This document shows, piece by piece, positions 28,834-38,312 of a stretch of DNA of 64,000 nucleotides. Each line of letters starts with the position of its first letter. The first letter of the stretch is position 1. Source of the stretch: a virus. The DNA is taken from the IMG/VR virus record IMGVR_UViG_3300008113_000084, positions 25,382 to 89,381 of that record, one strand, 5' to 3'. The position numbers and the translations under genes were made by a program. The notes below the pieces were generated by a model, which saw only the letters and a list, made by a program, of their open reading frames with translations, did no database searches and was not told the origin of the DNA.

Positions 28834-30274
28834 CGCCTTCAGCCGTTCTGGTGGTAGACATGTCAGGAACCATGTCTACCAGCATCAGCTGACCGCCGCT
28901 GTTCACAACGAACTCTGCGCCAGGAACAACAGAAGACACGTACTCGGAACCCTTGACAAGGATGTCCGGTTTGACCGCCTCGATCAGAGGCACCAGCTCT
29001 TCCTGCTCAAATGTGACAACGGCATCAACGCACTCCAGGGCCGCAACCATACGCGCCCTGTTGGCAGCGCCGACAAACGGCCTGCCTTCCCCTTTGAGTG
29101 CCTTGATGCTGGCGTCGCTATTCACACCAACGAGAAGATAGCCACCAGCGAATTTAGCCTGCTCGAGCAGATGCACGTGGCCTGCGTGCAATAGGTCGAA
29201 GCAGCCGTTGGCGAATACAATCTTCTCGTTGGTAGATCGGAGTTGCTGCGCCCAAGACAGCGCAGCCTGCTGAGACATCAGCTTGGACAGAGAGCTAACC
29301 TGCGTGGGTCGGGCCATAAACAGGTCCAGCTCCATGCGGTGAACAACAGTAGTGCCAGGCTTGGACACAGCCAAAGCGCTGGCCGCGTTGGCAAAGACGA
29401 TAGCGTCCCGAATCGAGCGGCCCTCGCAGATGGCTACAGACAGCGCGGCTATAAAAGTATCTCCAGCTCCTATGACGTCTGTCTTGCAGGTTGTGAAGGC
29501 AGGCAAGCTGCCAGCCGTTTTGGTGTTGTTGTCGTACCAGCTGCAACCGTTTTGCGCCCGAGTTACCACGGCCAGGGACAGGTTGGGCAGACGCTGCGCC
29601 AACTGCGCGGCAAGAGACTCGCAAGCGGAGTCGCTTTTGGAAGACACGGCTCTGGCATCGACACCAAGCACAGCACAAGCCTCGTTGAAATTGGGCGTGA
29701 TACAGTCGGCGCTGTGCCAGTCCAGCATGCCCGACGGCTTGGCGTCTACGAACAGAAAAATATTGGGGTGGCTTGAGCGTATATCCTGTAGGGCCTGGCG
29801 CAGCTCTGGGCTGACAGCTCCCTTGGCGTAATCAGAAACAATGATGGCCTTGATGTCCCTGCTAACGCTTCTGAGCTTGAACAGAACATTCTCCTGAAAC
29901 TTGCCGTAAGTGGGCGAGGCGTCTGCCCGCATCTCTCTGTCGGTGCGCAGCACCTGGTAGCCTCCGACCATAATGCGCGTCTTGACAGATGTGTGGTACT
30001 CAGACAGCGTCGTAACATCTGTCGAGACATTCATAGTGTCGAGGCTGAATGTCAGGCGCTTGGCTTCGGGGTCAGCTCCGACCGGCGAGAACAGGATAAC
30101 GGGGCTGTTGAGAGCCTGGATCGACGAAGCGACGTGGGCGGCACCGCCTGGGCAAAACATCTCGTACTTGGTGGTGACGACAGGAACGGGGGCCTCTGGC
30201 GATATCCTGTGTACGTCGCCGTGGACGTAGTGATCCAGGATGGAGTCGCCGACAACCGCGATAATGGTAGACAC
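28817..30274 (-). CDS. hldE: bifunctional heptose-7-phosphate kinase / heptose-1-phosphate adenylyltransferase
   Basis: RISPEAPVPVV, GGAA, SDYAKG, TPN and DVIGAGDT (PfkB kinase); NGCFDLLHAGH, NSDAS..LKG..RP and LVKG (adenylyltransferase). Confidence 0.95.
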   Translation of the reverse strand: MSTIIAVVGDSILDHYVHGDVHRISPEAPVPVVTTKYEMFCPGGAAHVASSIQALNSPVILFSPVGADPEAKRLTFSLDTMNVSTDVTTLSEYHTSVKTRIMVGGYQVLRTDREMRADASPTYGKFQENVLFKLRSVSRDIKAIIVSDYAKGAVSPELRQALQDIRSSHPNIFLFVDAKPSGMLDWHSADCITPNFNEACAVLGVDARAVSSKSDSACESLAAQLAQRLPNLSLAVVTRAQNGCSWYDNNTKTAGSLPAFTTCKTDVIGAGDTFIAALSVAICEGRSIRDAIVFANAASALAVSKPGTTVVHRMELDLFMARPTQVSSLSKLMSQQAALSWAQQLRSTNEKIVFANGCFDLLHAGHVHLLEQAKFAGGYLLVGVNSDASIKALKGEGRPFVGAANRARMVAALECVDAVVTFEQEELVPLIEAVKPDILVKGSEYVSSVVPGAEFVVNSGGQLMLVDMVPDMSTTRTAEGVKTQA

Positions 30275-30286
30275 GTCAGTCCTTTC

Positions 30287-30463
30287 TCAGCTGTCGCCGC
30301 CGTCGCATTTGAAAACTCTTGGGGTTCTTTCCCTGGAGTTCGAGTCGCTACAGTTGCCACAAATCCTGTTGGCGGTCATGTCGTACGACTTGAACTTCTT
30401 GCCACACTTCAAACAGTTGCGCTCACCTGGCTTTCTGTTGGGAAAATACCCTTTGTCTTTCAT
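30287..30463 (-). CDS. 58-aa zinc-ribbon protein (not in ORF track)
   Basis: MKDKGYFPNRKPGERNCLKCGKKFKSYDMTANRICGNC... Confidence 0.65.
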   Translation of the reverse strand: MKDKGYFPNRKPGERNCLKCGKKFKSYDMTANRICGNCSDSNSRERTPRVFKCDGGDS

Positions 30464-30475
30464 TCCTTGGGAACC

Positions 30476-30964
30476 TCAGTCGGACAAGTCATCGGCGTCC
30501 TCTGACTCGTCGTGCGCAGCAAACAGCCTGCCCCCAAGCCCGTCTTTGCGCTTTCGGTTCCTGCAAAACTTCTCAAGCATCACGGAAGCGTCCTTGTAGT
30601 TCTTGAACTCCGTGAGCGTGAAAGTCACTTCAGGATCACCGACGGCCTTGGCGTAGGGCTCAGTCCAAGCGTCCGCTCTTGTATGCTGCCATCTACTGTT
30701 AAATATTTCAAGAACATCTATTGCTTCTTGATATGTGTAAGTCTGTTCATCAAGCGGAAACGTTTTAAGCTTAATAAACACATATATTTCCCTGTCGTCT
30801 TTAACTTGGCCGTAGTTTACTTTGACATCCTGGTCTGACGGCAGATAAGGAATATGAGGAACAACCACTTTAAACTGTCGTCCCTTGAAGTTCTTGAGGA
30901 AGTCTTCAATAGATGGCTGCATAAGCTGACCCATAAAAAAATAGGCTTGAGTTTGTCGTCTCAA
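30476..30964 (-). CDS. hypothetical protein
   Basis: 162-aa ORF; start uncertain. Confidence 0.6.
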   Translation of the reverse strand: MRRQTQAYFFMGQLMQPSIEDFLKNFKGRQFKVVVPHIPYLPSDQDVKVNYGQVKDDREIYVFIKLKTFPLDEQTYTYQEAIDVLEIFNSRWQHTRADAWTEPYAKAVGDPEVTFTLTEFKNYKDASVMLEKFCRNRKRKDGLGGRLFAAHDESEDADDLSD

Positions 30965-31266
30965 GCCTATAGGTGGATCACTTTGTTGTCAAAAGTTTAC
31001 TGCGAATAGCTTCTACAACTTTGTTAATACCCGAACTGTTTGGCACATCCGCTCTCAAGTTAGGCTCGTCGTAAATGCCCAGGTGAGCCAGAAGGTTCTT
31101 CAAAAATATCATGTCATAGTACAGCTCAACCAGATACTTCTCTGACTGGGCTGAACCAATGGTGACATCAAAGTAAGAGCCTTTGAGCCGCTCCCGCATG
31201 TCGCTCAGTCGAGCAAAAGGATCAGCGAAATGTCGGCTAATCAGCGTCGGGTCGTCTGGGTTGTGG

Positions 31267-32046
31267 TCAACCGTCGTGCTCATTCGGGCCTCCGCTGCCG
31301 TAGAACTCCCCGAAGGATTTGAAACCTCGATCATTTTTTGTCTTTCTTTTCAGGAAGTAAACCAACTTCTTAGTGCCAGCGTTGGCGTTTAGAAAGTTGA
31401 ACGGGTACAGGCCGAAAACAAAAGCGGCCCTTACTTTGTTTCTTGACGCCAGGTTTGGCGTGAAGTCTTCCAAAGGCTCGAACGCCTCGGAGTCGCTGGC
31501 GATCAGATAGCGCGTCACAAGGCTGAAGCCCCCGTGAGAGGGCTCGAAGTAAACCAAGCTAAATCCACCTTTTATGTGTTTACGCCTAGTTAGTTTTCTA
31601 GACATAACTACAGCTGTTTGCAAGGCTTCTTTGTATAGCTTTATGCAATTCTTTACTGATTTGTTGCCATACCTAACCTTGCGATACATCGAGTAAAAGA
31701 TGTAGTTGTCTGACTTGAGCGTGCGCTTGAGCACCTCAGCAGCATATCGTCTAGACCAGCACCAAGGGCATGAGTAGAACTTGCAGGGTCGCAGCTGTTC
31801 GTTGGTCTTGTCAAACTTACCCAGGCTAGGTGGGCAGTTTCTCAGGTACTGCACCCTGACAGGCTTGTCGGTAAACATGCCGTACTTCATAAGCTTATAG
31901 GTTTTGACGCGCCACAGGCTGAGCACCTTGGCGATGCCCATGCGCAGCTCTCTTTTGCTGCGCATGGTTTTCTTGAATAGCGTTACAGACTTGCAACGGA
32001 AAAACGCGCTGCGACGAAAAGACGCCAGCTTGAACTCCACATCCAT
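31267..32046 (-). CDS. highly basic hypothetical protein
   Basis: K/R-rich with CKFYSCPWC; GGAGG SD. Confidence 0.6.
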   Translation of the reverse strand: MDVEFKLASFRRSAFFRCKSVTLFKKTMRSKRELRMGIAKVLSLWRVKTYKLMKYGMFTDKPVRVQYLRNCPPSLGKFDKTNEQLRPCKFYSCPWCWSRRYAAEVLKRTLKSDNYIFYSMYRKVRYGNKSVKNCIKLYKEALQTAVVMSRKLTRRKHIKGGFSLVYFEPSHGGFSLVTRYLIASDSEAFEPLEDFTPNLASRNKVRAAFVFGLYPFNFLNANAGTKKLVYFLKRKTKNDRGFKSFGEFYGSGGPNEHDG

Positions 32047-32090
32047 ACGGACCTCCGTGAAAGCCCAAGCTGGCGTCTTTGGAAAAGGCG

Positions 32091-32450
32091 TCAGGTTTGG
32101 GTCATCAGTTTTTTGACGTGTTCAATAAGGCTGTCCTCGTCAGAAGACAGGGCATGGATAGGATTGAAAAACTCAGTGACGTCCTGGTTGGACATCCTAT
32201 GCCAGGGACGAAACTGGTCGTCATCCCGCTCAGTCCTCACCCCGTGGCAGGAGCAGTGATCGAGATACTTGTACCAAAGCTCGCCATTACGATCCCTGGC
32301 AACAGCCTTACCGAAACCCTCCAAGAAGCCAGCGCTTTCGTACCAGTAGACTACCCAGACAAAGCTTTCGTCGCTGACAAGGTCTTCAAGAGTCAACGAG
32401 GAAGGACCCGCCTTGTGCAGGGCGGGTTTGGTCGAGGTAAGCATGTTCAC
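32091..32450 (-). CDS. hypothetical phage protein
   Basis: LDHCSCHG motif. Confidence 0.6.
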   Translation of the reverse strand: MNMLTSTKPALHKAGPSSLTLEDLVSDESFVWVVYWYESAGFLEGFGKAVARDRNGELWYKYLDHCSCHGVRTERDDDQFRPWHRMSNQDVTEFFNPIHALSSDEDSLIEHVKKLMTQT

Positions 32451-32716
32451 TCCTGGTTGAAGTCAGTCAAAACAAAGACAGGCGTTCCTTCTCCGACCCA
32501 GGCTGACGTGACGTTGAAAGACATGTACTCTTCCGCGTCTTCCTCGGTCATGCCGTCTCGTTTCATCAAGATAGCTACGCACTTGCTGTGGTCGTAAGCG
32601 ACGGTCTCGTGCTTAGAGGCCTGTACGCTGACGCCAATAATAGCGTCGTCAAATCCGTCCGCGAATAGAAGCTCTATACCTGTGTCTTCCGCGTACTCTT
32701 CAAGCTTTTGTCGCAT
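32447..32716 (-). CDS. conserved phage hypothetical protein
   Basis: ADGFDDAIIG...YD..KC...EEDAEEY..FN....WVGEGTPVF, a pattern common in phages. Confidence 0.75.
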   Translation of the reverse strand: MRQKLEEYAEDTGIELLFADGFDDAIIGVSVQASKHETVAYDHSKCVAILMKRDGMTEEDAEEYMSFNVTSAWVGEGTPVFVLTDFNQE

Positions 32717-32940
32717 GCTCATGCTGTTGCGCCTCTTCTTCAGTGGGGTTAATGTGGGCAAGGGCTTGGTCTAGCAACTCGACAGCTTTGTTGAACCTGT
32801 CTGGGTCTAGCCCTACTTTGTCAAAGTCAGCAGCCACGACCTTCAAGTAATCTTTTACAACCGACAAGACGTCATGCGGAGTAACCTCTTCGCACAGACG
32901 CATGACTATCTCGTCCCACTTTTCAATCAAATGTTTAAAG

Positions 32941-33417
32941 TTATAACCCTTGCGCATTCTTGTCCCTTTCGATAGCCAATAGCTCGGTCAGCTCTCGAAC
33001 TTTAGCAATCAACTTTGGAACTGCGTACTTGGCTTCACAGATAAACTCCATGTTGCGGTCGTAGCAGTCGTTTACGTCTGCCAACCTTGGAGACTGCAAC
33101 AAAGTGATGGCAACGCACTTGTCAGATGGATGTTCATAAATAAACCCGTTGTGTCGATAGCCTACGCCTGGGTCGGTAGAAATCCATCTTGCATTCATGC
33201 ACATGTCATCATCCCCAGCCCTGGGATACCACGGGCCTGGCGTTGTCTTGGAACAGAGCTTGTCAAGCATTGCGAGGTAATCTTCGTCAAGATTCTGCCG
33301 ATGATGCGAGACATCAACCTGTTTGTCTTCTTGCTCGTTGAGTCCTTTGAGAAGCTCTTCCAAATCGCCGTCAGTTAGATCGGAGTCAGAAGACATCGGT
33401 GCCTCCTTATTTGTCAA
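32941..33417 (-). CDS. Ead/Ea22-like hypothetical protein
   Basis: TPGPW...NMEFICEAK..VPKLI pattern. Confidence 0.5.
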   Translation of the reverse strand: MTNKEAPMSSDSDLTDGDLEELLKGLNEQEDKQVDVSHHRQNLDEDYLAMLDKLCSKTTPGPWYPRAGDDDMCMNARWISTDPGVGYRHNGFIYEHPSDKCVAITLLQSPRLADVNDCYDRNMEFICEAKYAVPKLIAKVRELTELLAIERDKNAQGL

Positions 33418-33496
33418 GAAACTTATCTCGACAGTTCGTAAGACTTGATCTTAGGTACACGTTTTGAATCTGTTTCAGCTTTGCCTTCAAACTCAG

Positions 33497-33976
33497 CTAT
33501 GGTGAGTCAGGGTCTTTTCGGTCTAATTTGCGATAAGGACTTGAGTAGACAGTTGGGACATAATCGCAGTGCTCAACGCAAATTAAGCATGTCGATATGC
33601 CTTCGCCTTTAAGGTTCATATCACGCATAATCAAGTCTCTGTCGCACCTAGGGCATGTGGAGTTGCTCTGAACGCCGTAACCAAGCGCGTTTTGTTCTTT
33701 AGCCCACTCTTCTTCGTCTTGTCTTAGTAGGTGCTCAGATACTTCTGGAGATATCCAGTTTTCCGGTTCGGTTATCGCTAGTTTAATATCGTCTAGCATT
33801 GTCAAAAAATCTGAGCCATCACGATACATTTTACCTTTGAACGCAATTTCAGGCGTTCCTAAGATAATATTTCCAAATCTGGGAGAAGCTGAAACACTCC
33901 AGTTCCAGGTTTTATCGTTTAAAAAAGGACCGTACATCCAAATTTTAAAATCGTATTTGGTTAAATCTAAACGCAT
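33497..33976 (-). CDS. hypothetical protein with zinc ribbon
   Basis: CPRC...CVEHC. Confidence 0.65.
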   Translation of the reverse strand: MRLDLTKYDFKIWMYGPFLNDKTWNWSVSASPRFGNIILGTPEIAFKGKMYRDGSDFLTMLDDIKLAITEPENWISPEVSEHLLRQDEEEWAKEQNALGYGVQSNSTCPRCDRDLIMRDMNLKGEGISTCLICVEHCDYVPTVYSSPYRKLDRKDPDSP

Positions 33977-33997
33977 AAATTGCCTTTCTTAAAAGCT

Positions 33998-34112
33998 AAC
34001 CCTGGAGGGACTCAGACCCTCATTTCCCCTTACGCGTTGGGGGTGTCCTCGTTGCGGCTCTCAGGCGACGCGCACGCTGATCCGCAACATGCCTCAATTA
34101 GACGACAGGGTT
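33998..34112 (-). ncRNA. candidate structured RNA element (multi-way junction)
   Basis: AACCCTG/CAGGGTT closing stem encloses GTTGCGG/CCGCAAC, CCCC/GGGG and GAGGG/CCCTC hairpins; intergenic. Confidence 0.45.
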
Positions 34113-34121
34113 TACGGGAAA

Positions 34122-34535
34122 TTACTCAGAGTCTTTCTTGGGTGTTTTTGGCTGCTTGGGGAACTCGCCCACAGCCTTGACACGCATCGGCACGGCCACG
34201 GGCAAGCCTCGGTTATCGCGCCAGAGACGCTTGTCCCAAATAGCCAGGTACGGTACTTTGTCGCTGAAATAAATAGCAACGTACCACTGATTGGCTACAG
34301 CGTCCTCAGGGTGACGCCACATGTCGGCCTCGGCTCTGGGAGAAGGAATAGGGATAACCGTGGAAAACGTCCTGGCGGCAGGCCTGACTTCAGCCTGCGC
34401 AAAACCAGATTTTTCTAATTGCGTTTCTGCCTGCGGTCTAGAGACAGTGGCAACCTGCTCTGGTTTGCCCTCAGTCAACTGGGCAGTTCTATCAAGCTTT
34501 TTTAAGTTGTTTTCTGCTTTCAAAGATTTAGGCAT
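34122..34535 (-). CDS. hypothetical protein
   Basis: 137-aa ORF with GAGG SD. Confidence 0.6.
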   Translation of the reverse strand: MPKSLKAENNLKKLDRTAQLTEGKPEQVATVSRPQAETQLEKSGFAQAEVRPAARTFSTVIPIPSPRAEADMWRHPEDAVANQWYVAIYFSDKVPYLAIWDKRLWRDNRGLPVAVPMRVKAVGEFPKQPKTPKKDSE

Positions 34536-34576
34536 ATGTACCTCTTACGTACTCCTATAGCTTGTGCAATATAAAC

Positions 34577-34612
34577 ACAACAGCGTAGCCTTTTGACGGG
34601 CTACGCTGTTGT
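34577..34612. terminator. 14-bp hairpin
   Basis: ACAACAGCGTAGCC-N8-GGCTACGCTGTTGT. Confidence 0.65.
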
Positions 34613-34642
34613 AGTAAAATCTTAGCTGTTAAGACAGCTGGC

Positions 34643-35041
34643 TCACACTTCTTCAGAAACGGGCTCAAGAGCGCTCGTAATCCGTTGGCGAGGCACAGGC
34701 GGCTTTACGGCCTCCGCGACCACCACGCGCGATTTCTGAGGCACAGGAACGCTAGTCTGAGACTGTGCTTGAACTTGAACGAACTGGCGAGTCTGCTCGG
34801 CCAGCTGGTTCAGCTTCTTGACATCCACCAGGTGGCGGATACGCACCGGCTCGGAAAGTCGCACACCGCAAGATGTCAACTTTTTGTACCGAGCGTTCAC
34901 GGAAACAACCGCCATTCCGAGAGCGTTGGCAATAGCTCGCCTGCCCTTGGAAGCGTAAGTTTCCCAGACACGGACAAAAGTCTCGTCGTCGCACTTGCGC
35001 GCAATCTTCTCAGCCTTGCGAGCCTTGGGGTCGTTCAACAT
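34643..35041 (-). CDS. HTH DNA-binding protein (paralog of 39109..39483)
   Basis: FVRVW..AIANALGM...VNARYKKL...GVRL..P. Confidence 0.6.
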   Translation of the reverse strand: MLNDPKARKAEKIARKCDDETFVRVWETYASKGRRAIANALGMAVVSVNARYKKLTSCGVRLSEPVRIRHLVDVKKLNQLAEQTRQFVQVQAQSQTSVPVPQKSRVVVAEAVKPPVPRQRITSALEPVSEEV

Positions 35042-35160
35042 AACCTACTTCCTTTCTGGGACGTGTTTAAATTAGCGAAGATAGGGACATAAAACCGTAT
35101 GCCCTATTTCCGAATACGTCAACTATCAAACAAACGCACCCAAAGCGGAACTGTTGAAGT

Positions 35161-35280
35161 TGTGACTTTATTATATTTTATTTTCAATAAAATATATTCT
35201 ATTTTTTTCTTGCATTGCCTGGGTCCAGACAATGACAAAAAAAGGTCTAGTACACTCATCTTATTAATAAGATGAGTGTA
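35161..35280. repeat. AT-rich tract with two palindromes
   Basis: TATATTTTATT-TTC-AATAAAATATA (35172-35196) and the perfect 30-bp palindrome TACACTCATCTTATTAATAAGATGAGTGTA (35251-35280). Confidence 0.8.
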
Positions 35281-35314
35281 TTAAACGCACAACCTCTACA
35301 TCTCCGCCTGTGGG

Positions 35315-35683
35315 TCATACTACTCCTGAAGAGTAATATTTAGTTATACTACCGACCAGTATCTGTGCTTGTTCTTCTTGGCTCAGTTTGTTTCTGGCAC
35401 GTGTGATAGCTTTCAAAAGCTCCAAGTCTTTTGCGATGTCGTACAGAAGTTCAAGGCAGAACACACCACGAATGGAATTAACCTTTTCGTGATTCTTGTC
35501 CAGGACGGCAGCCTTGCCTTTCCTTTTCCTTCGATGTGTGTCGGTTACCCGATCAATCAGTAAAGCTGGAAATCCTTCTTGCTTCAAAAGCTCGGAGTCC
35601 AGTACTGCCCATCCGTCGCAAAATTCCAAAAGCGCCATAACCAGTTCAGGTTTCACACTCAGCCAAGTCGCCAGAGTTTTCAT
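35315..35683 (-). CDS. hypothetical protein
   Basis: 122-aa ORF. Confidence 0.6.
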   Translation of the reverse strand: MKTLATWLSVKPELVMALLEFCDGWAVLDSELLKQEGFPALLIDRVTDTHRRKRKGKAAVLDKNHEKVNSIRGVFCLELLYDIAKDLELLKAITRARNKLSQEEQAQILVGSITKYYSSGVV

Positions 35684-35969
35684 CGGTAGTTCCTTGCACC
35701 TCGCTAGACGCGTGTCCTACGTCAGCAAAGTTCTTGGTTGTTACTTGGCTCGTCGTCTCTATCCAGACGCGAGCTCCGCAGGACAGTGGTTTGTCCGGTC
35801 GATAAATTATTTTACAAGGCCCAGAGATTTCGACCTCGTGGGCGTAAACGTTGGTCTTGCTTGTCTTGACTGTTAAGACAGGCTTCTGCTCTCCTTTCTT
35901 TTTGTTGGCGCGGATGACGTGCTGGTTTACGTGTATTACGGTCTTGCTAACTTGTTCTTTTGAAGGCAT
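35646..35969 (-). CDS. conserved phage hypothetical protein
   Basis: IHVNQHVIRAN...PVLTVK...YRPDKPLSCGARVWIET. Confidence 0.75.
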   Translation of the reverse strand: MPSKEQVSKTVIHVNQHVIRANKKKGEQKPVLTVKTSKTNVYAHEVEISGPCKIIYRPDKPLSCGARVWIETTSQVTTKNFADVGHASSEVQGTTDENSGDLAECET

Positions 35970-37155
35970 TGACGTACTCCGTAGCCGCTGTAACATTCTC
36001 TTTCTGCAAGAACGCATGTTCAATCACAGCGTATCGCTTGTTGTACTTGGCTATGTACTTGAAAAAGTTAGCGGCTCGGCTCAAAATATTACGCGCCGTT
36101 TGCCAACCAATTTCGTCTTTGCTGGCTTCTTTAACTAACTCAGCTGTGTACACAGCCATAGAGTTTAGAGTTGAGTCATTTATTTTGTGATCCAAAGTCA
36201 AAGATATGCATGCGTACTCAGGCCATAAACGTGGTTCTTCAGCGTACCCCTTCTCGATTTCTGGTGGTAAGGCGCTTACAGTTTTGTTGAGATACTTTGC
36301 CAAGTTTTCTGTAGCCGAGTCAATGTAAGACGCGCTGTCTGTGTCTTTTGACAAAAACTTTACTGCTGCTTTCAAATATCTAACAACGTTTTCCGCTAAA
36401 CGAACATTGTAAATAAAAAAGATGTCATCTAAATAGTTTGCAAACCTAAAGCTTGCTTTTAACGTTTCGTTATAACGCTTCGCTTCCTTATGCTCTGGAG
36501 CGTCTGTATCCTCGTACCTGCTTGCGATTCTGGCATTGTACTGTTCTTTTGTTAAGCTGCTTTGTTCTAGCTTTGTGTTGATCAAATCCCAAGCAGCCGC
36601 ATACGCGTCCGTTGCGGCGTTTAAACGAGCATCGTCTTTAGTGACTTTAAGGTACGCCACAACCTTAGCAAACTCGTTTACTACCCTGTGCGTTCTGTCG
36701 TCTCCAAAAAGAGACGCAAACCACTTTTGCCGCCTGCCGCACATCTCGATGATTTTGTTGAACTTTCGTATTTTTTTGTCTATGCTTTTGTCTATAGCTT
36801 CGCTGTGTTTGTTTTCGCTATAAGCTTCTTGAAAGTATATAAATAATTTTTCTAACCCCCAGTAGTATCCGAGCCGTTCGTTTACTGGTACAACATACCT
36901 ACTTTCAAATTCAGGCCATGGTGTTTTCCTTACCTCGCTGACATATTTTGCGCACTCATAAAACTCTTCAAGCAACGGGGTCTCAAACGCCGCATCGCCG
37001 ATCAGCTCTGGGTTTTCTTTCAGGTATTTTATAATACCGTAATTGCTCCAGTTTGATGGCGGCTTCTTTAGCTTCTTTTTCTGCTTGGTTTTTGCTTCGT
37101 CTTTTTTGTCCAAGCTAGTAAGCAACCTCGATATCGTGTTGAATGCTTCGCTCAT
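35947..37155 (-). CDS. AT-rich helical hypothetical protein
   Basis: ~400-aa ORF; start MSEAF. Confidence 0.7.
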   Translation of the reverse strand: MSEAFNTISRLLTSLDKKDEAKTKQKKKLKKPPSNWSNYGIIKYLKENPELIGDAAFETPLLEEFYECAKYVSEVRKTPWPEFESRYVVPVNERLGYYWGLEKLFIYFQEAYSENKHSEAIDKSIDKKIRKFNKIIEMCGRRQKWFASLFGDDRTHRVVNEFAKVVAYLKVTKDDARLNAATDAYAAAWDLINTKLEQSSLTKEQYNARIASRYEDTDAPEHKEAKRYNETLKASFRFANYLDDIFFIYNVRLAENVVRYLKAAVKFLSKDTDSASYIDSATENLAKYLNKTVSALPPEIEKGYAEEPRLWPEYACISLTLDHKINDSTLNSMAVYTAELVKEASKDEIGWQTARNILSRAANFFKYIAKYNKRYAVIEHAFLQKENVTAATEYVNAFKRTS

Positions 37156-37615
37156 ACTTCCACCATTCTGGTATGTCCCTGTCTCGCCACGCTGCCATGC
37201 TGGCTTTGTCGTGTATGTAGTAGGCACGATAAGCGTCTACTGCGTCGTGGCACTTGTATTTGTCAGGCATCGCCTGAGCAAAGTCTGTAAAGCTGCTTTC
37301 AGGTATGTGCTTGGACAGCCTGAAGCATTGATTGATTATGTGGTAACACTTGTGGACTTTGCCGTACCTAAACCTGTACTCGTGGCACAGTTCTAGTCCC
37401 AGGTCAACCAACCATAGGAAGTTCTGACGTGTCTCCCTTGTCCATATTGAACATGGGTGGTTCTTGTGCGCTTGTTTGTACGGAGCGGTGCCGCCATGAA
37501 AAATAACGGCCGTACACAGCATCTGCGCTGATTCCAGGGGCATCTTGACCACGTGCTTGTCCAGGTGATACCTGGCGCACAGCTGCGTGTCCCTGTCCAG
37601 GATGAATATGTTCAT
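37115..37615 (-). CDS. pyrimidine dimer DNA glycosylase / endonuclease V family
   Basis: MNIFILD..DKHVVKMPLESAQML..HKNHPC..W...YRFRYGKVH..QAMPD. Confidence 0.85.
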   Translation of the reverse strand: MNIFILDRDTQLCARYHLDKHVVKMPLESAQMLCTAVIFHGGTAPYKQAHKNHPCSIWTRETRQNFLWLVDLGLELCHEYRFRYGKVHKCYHIINQCFRLSKHIPESSFTDFAQAMPDKYKCHDAVDAYRAYYIHDKASMAAWRDRDIPEWWKYERSIQHDIEVAY

Positions 37616-37818
37616 TCAACATCGTCTTCAGACTCTTCCAGTAGCTCTTCCCTAAAGATTGCCACCTTTTCTGACGCGTTGAACCGAAGAGAAACTTTTC
37701 TCGGGTCGATCCAGGTCACGGTTATCCATATCTTTTCGTCTCCTATCATAAGCATTACTTTCTGGCCAGGTTTGCGAGTAAGAACCAGTCCTGGCTTTGC
37801 TTCGTCTTCTTCGTCCAT
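37612..37818 (-). CDS. csrA: second, divergent CsrA-like protein
   Basis: LVLTRKPGQKVML.IGDE.IWITV...KVSLRFNASEKVAIFREEL. Confidence 0.8.
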   Translation of the reverse strand: MDEEDEAKPGLVLTRKPGQKVMLMIGDEKIWITVTWIDPRKVSLRFNASEKVAIFREELLEESEDDVE

Positions 37819-38312
37819 GTTTTCCTCCGCAAGTTTTGCGGAGCTTGCGTCACTATTCTCCGCATTTTGGCTGCGTTAGTTACCCGACCTTTCGTTTAAC
37901 ACTTCCATGACTATGTCGATAAGCACGTCAGTGAACCCTTCGTTGTAATAGTCCATCAACCTATCAACAATTCTTTTGAACTCGTCGTCACTGATGTTGG
38001 AAGGTTTGATCTCTATTAGCTCCAAGTCCTCGTCTGATACGAACAGAAATGGAGTGCCTTTTCTGTCAATTTCCAATACCGTCTCCTTGTGTGAAAAACC
38101 CCACCCAGCCGAGAAGGCTGGGTGGGGGTGGCGTCCTGTGTGTTGCAAGGGCATCACCCACGATCCTTGGGTGATTTTGGTGGCTTGGCTCGACACCTTG
38201 CGGCAGAGCCAGTCGTTGGGTACGAAAAGTTTACCCCCTACCCTTGCAAGAGCTATTGACCATGTAACCAGCTCTCCACACAGGTGATCGTCTCCAGGCT
38301 GGGCCTGGTGTT

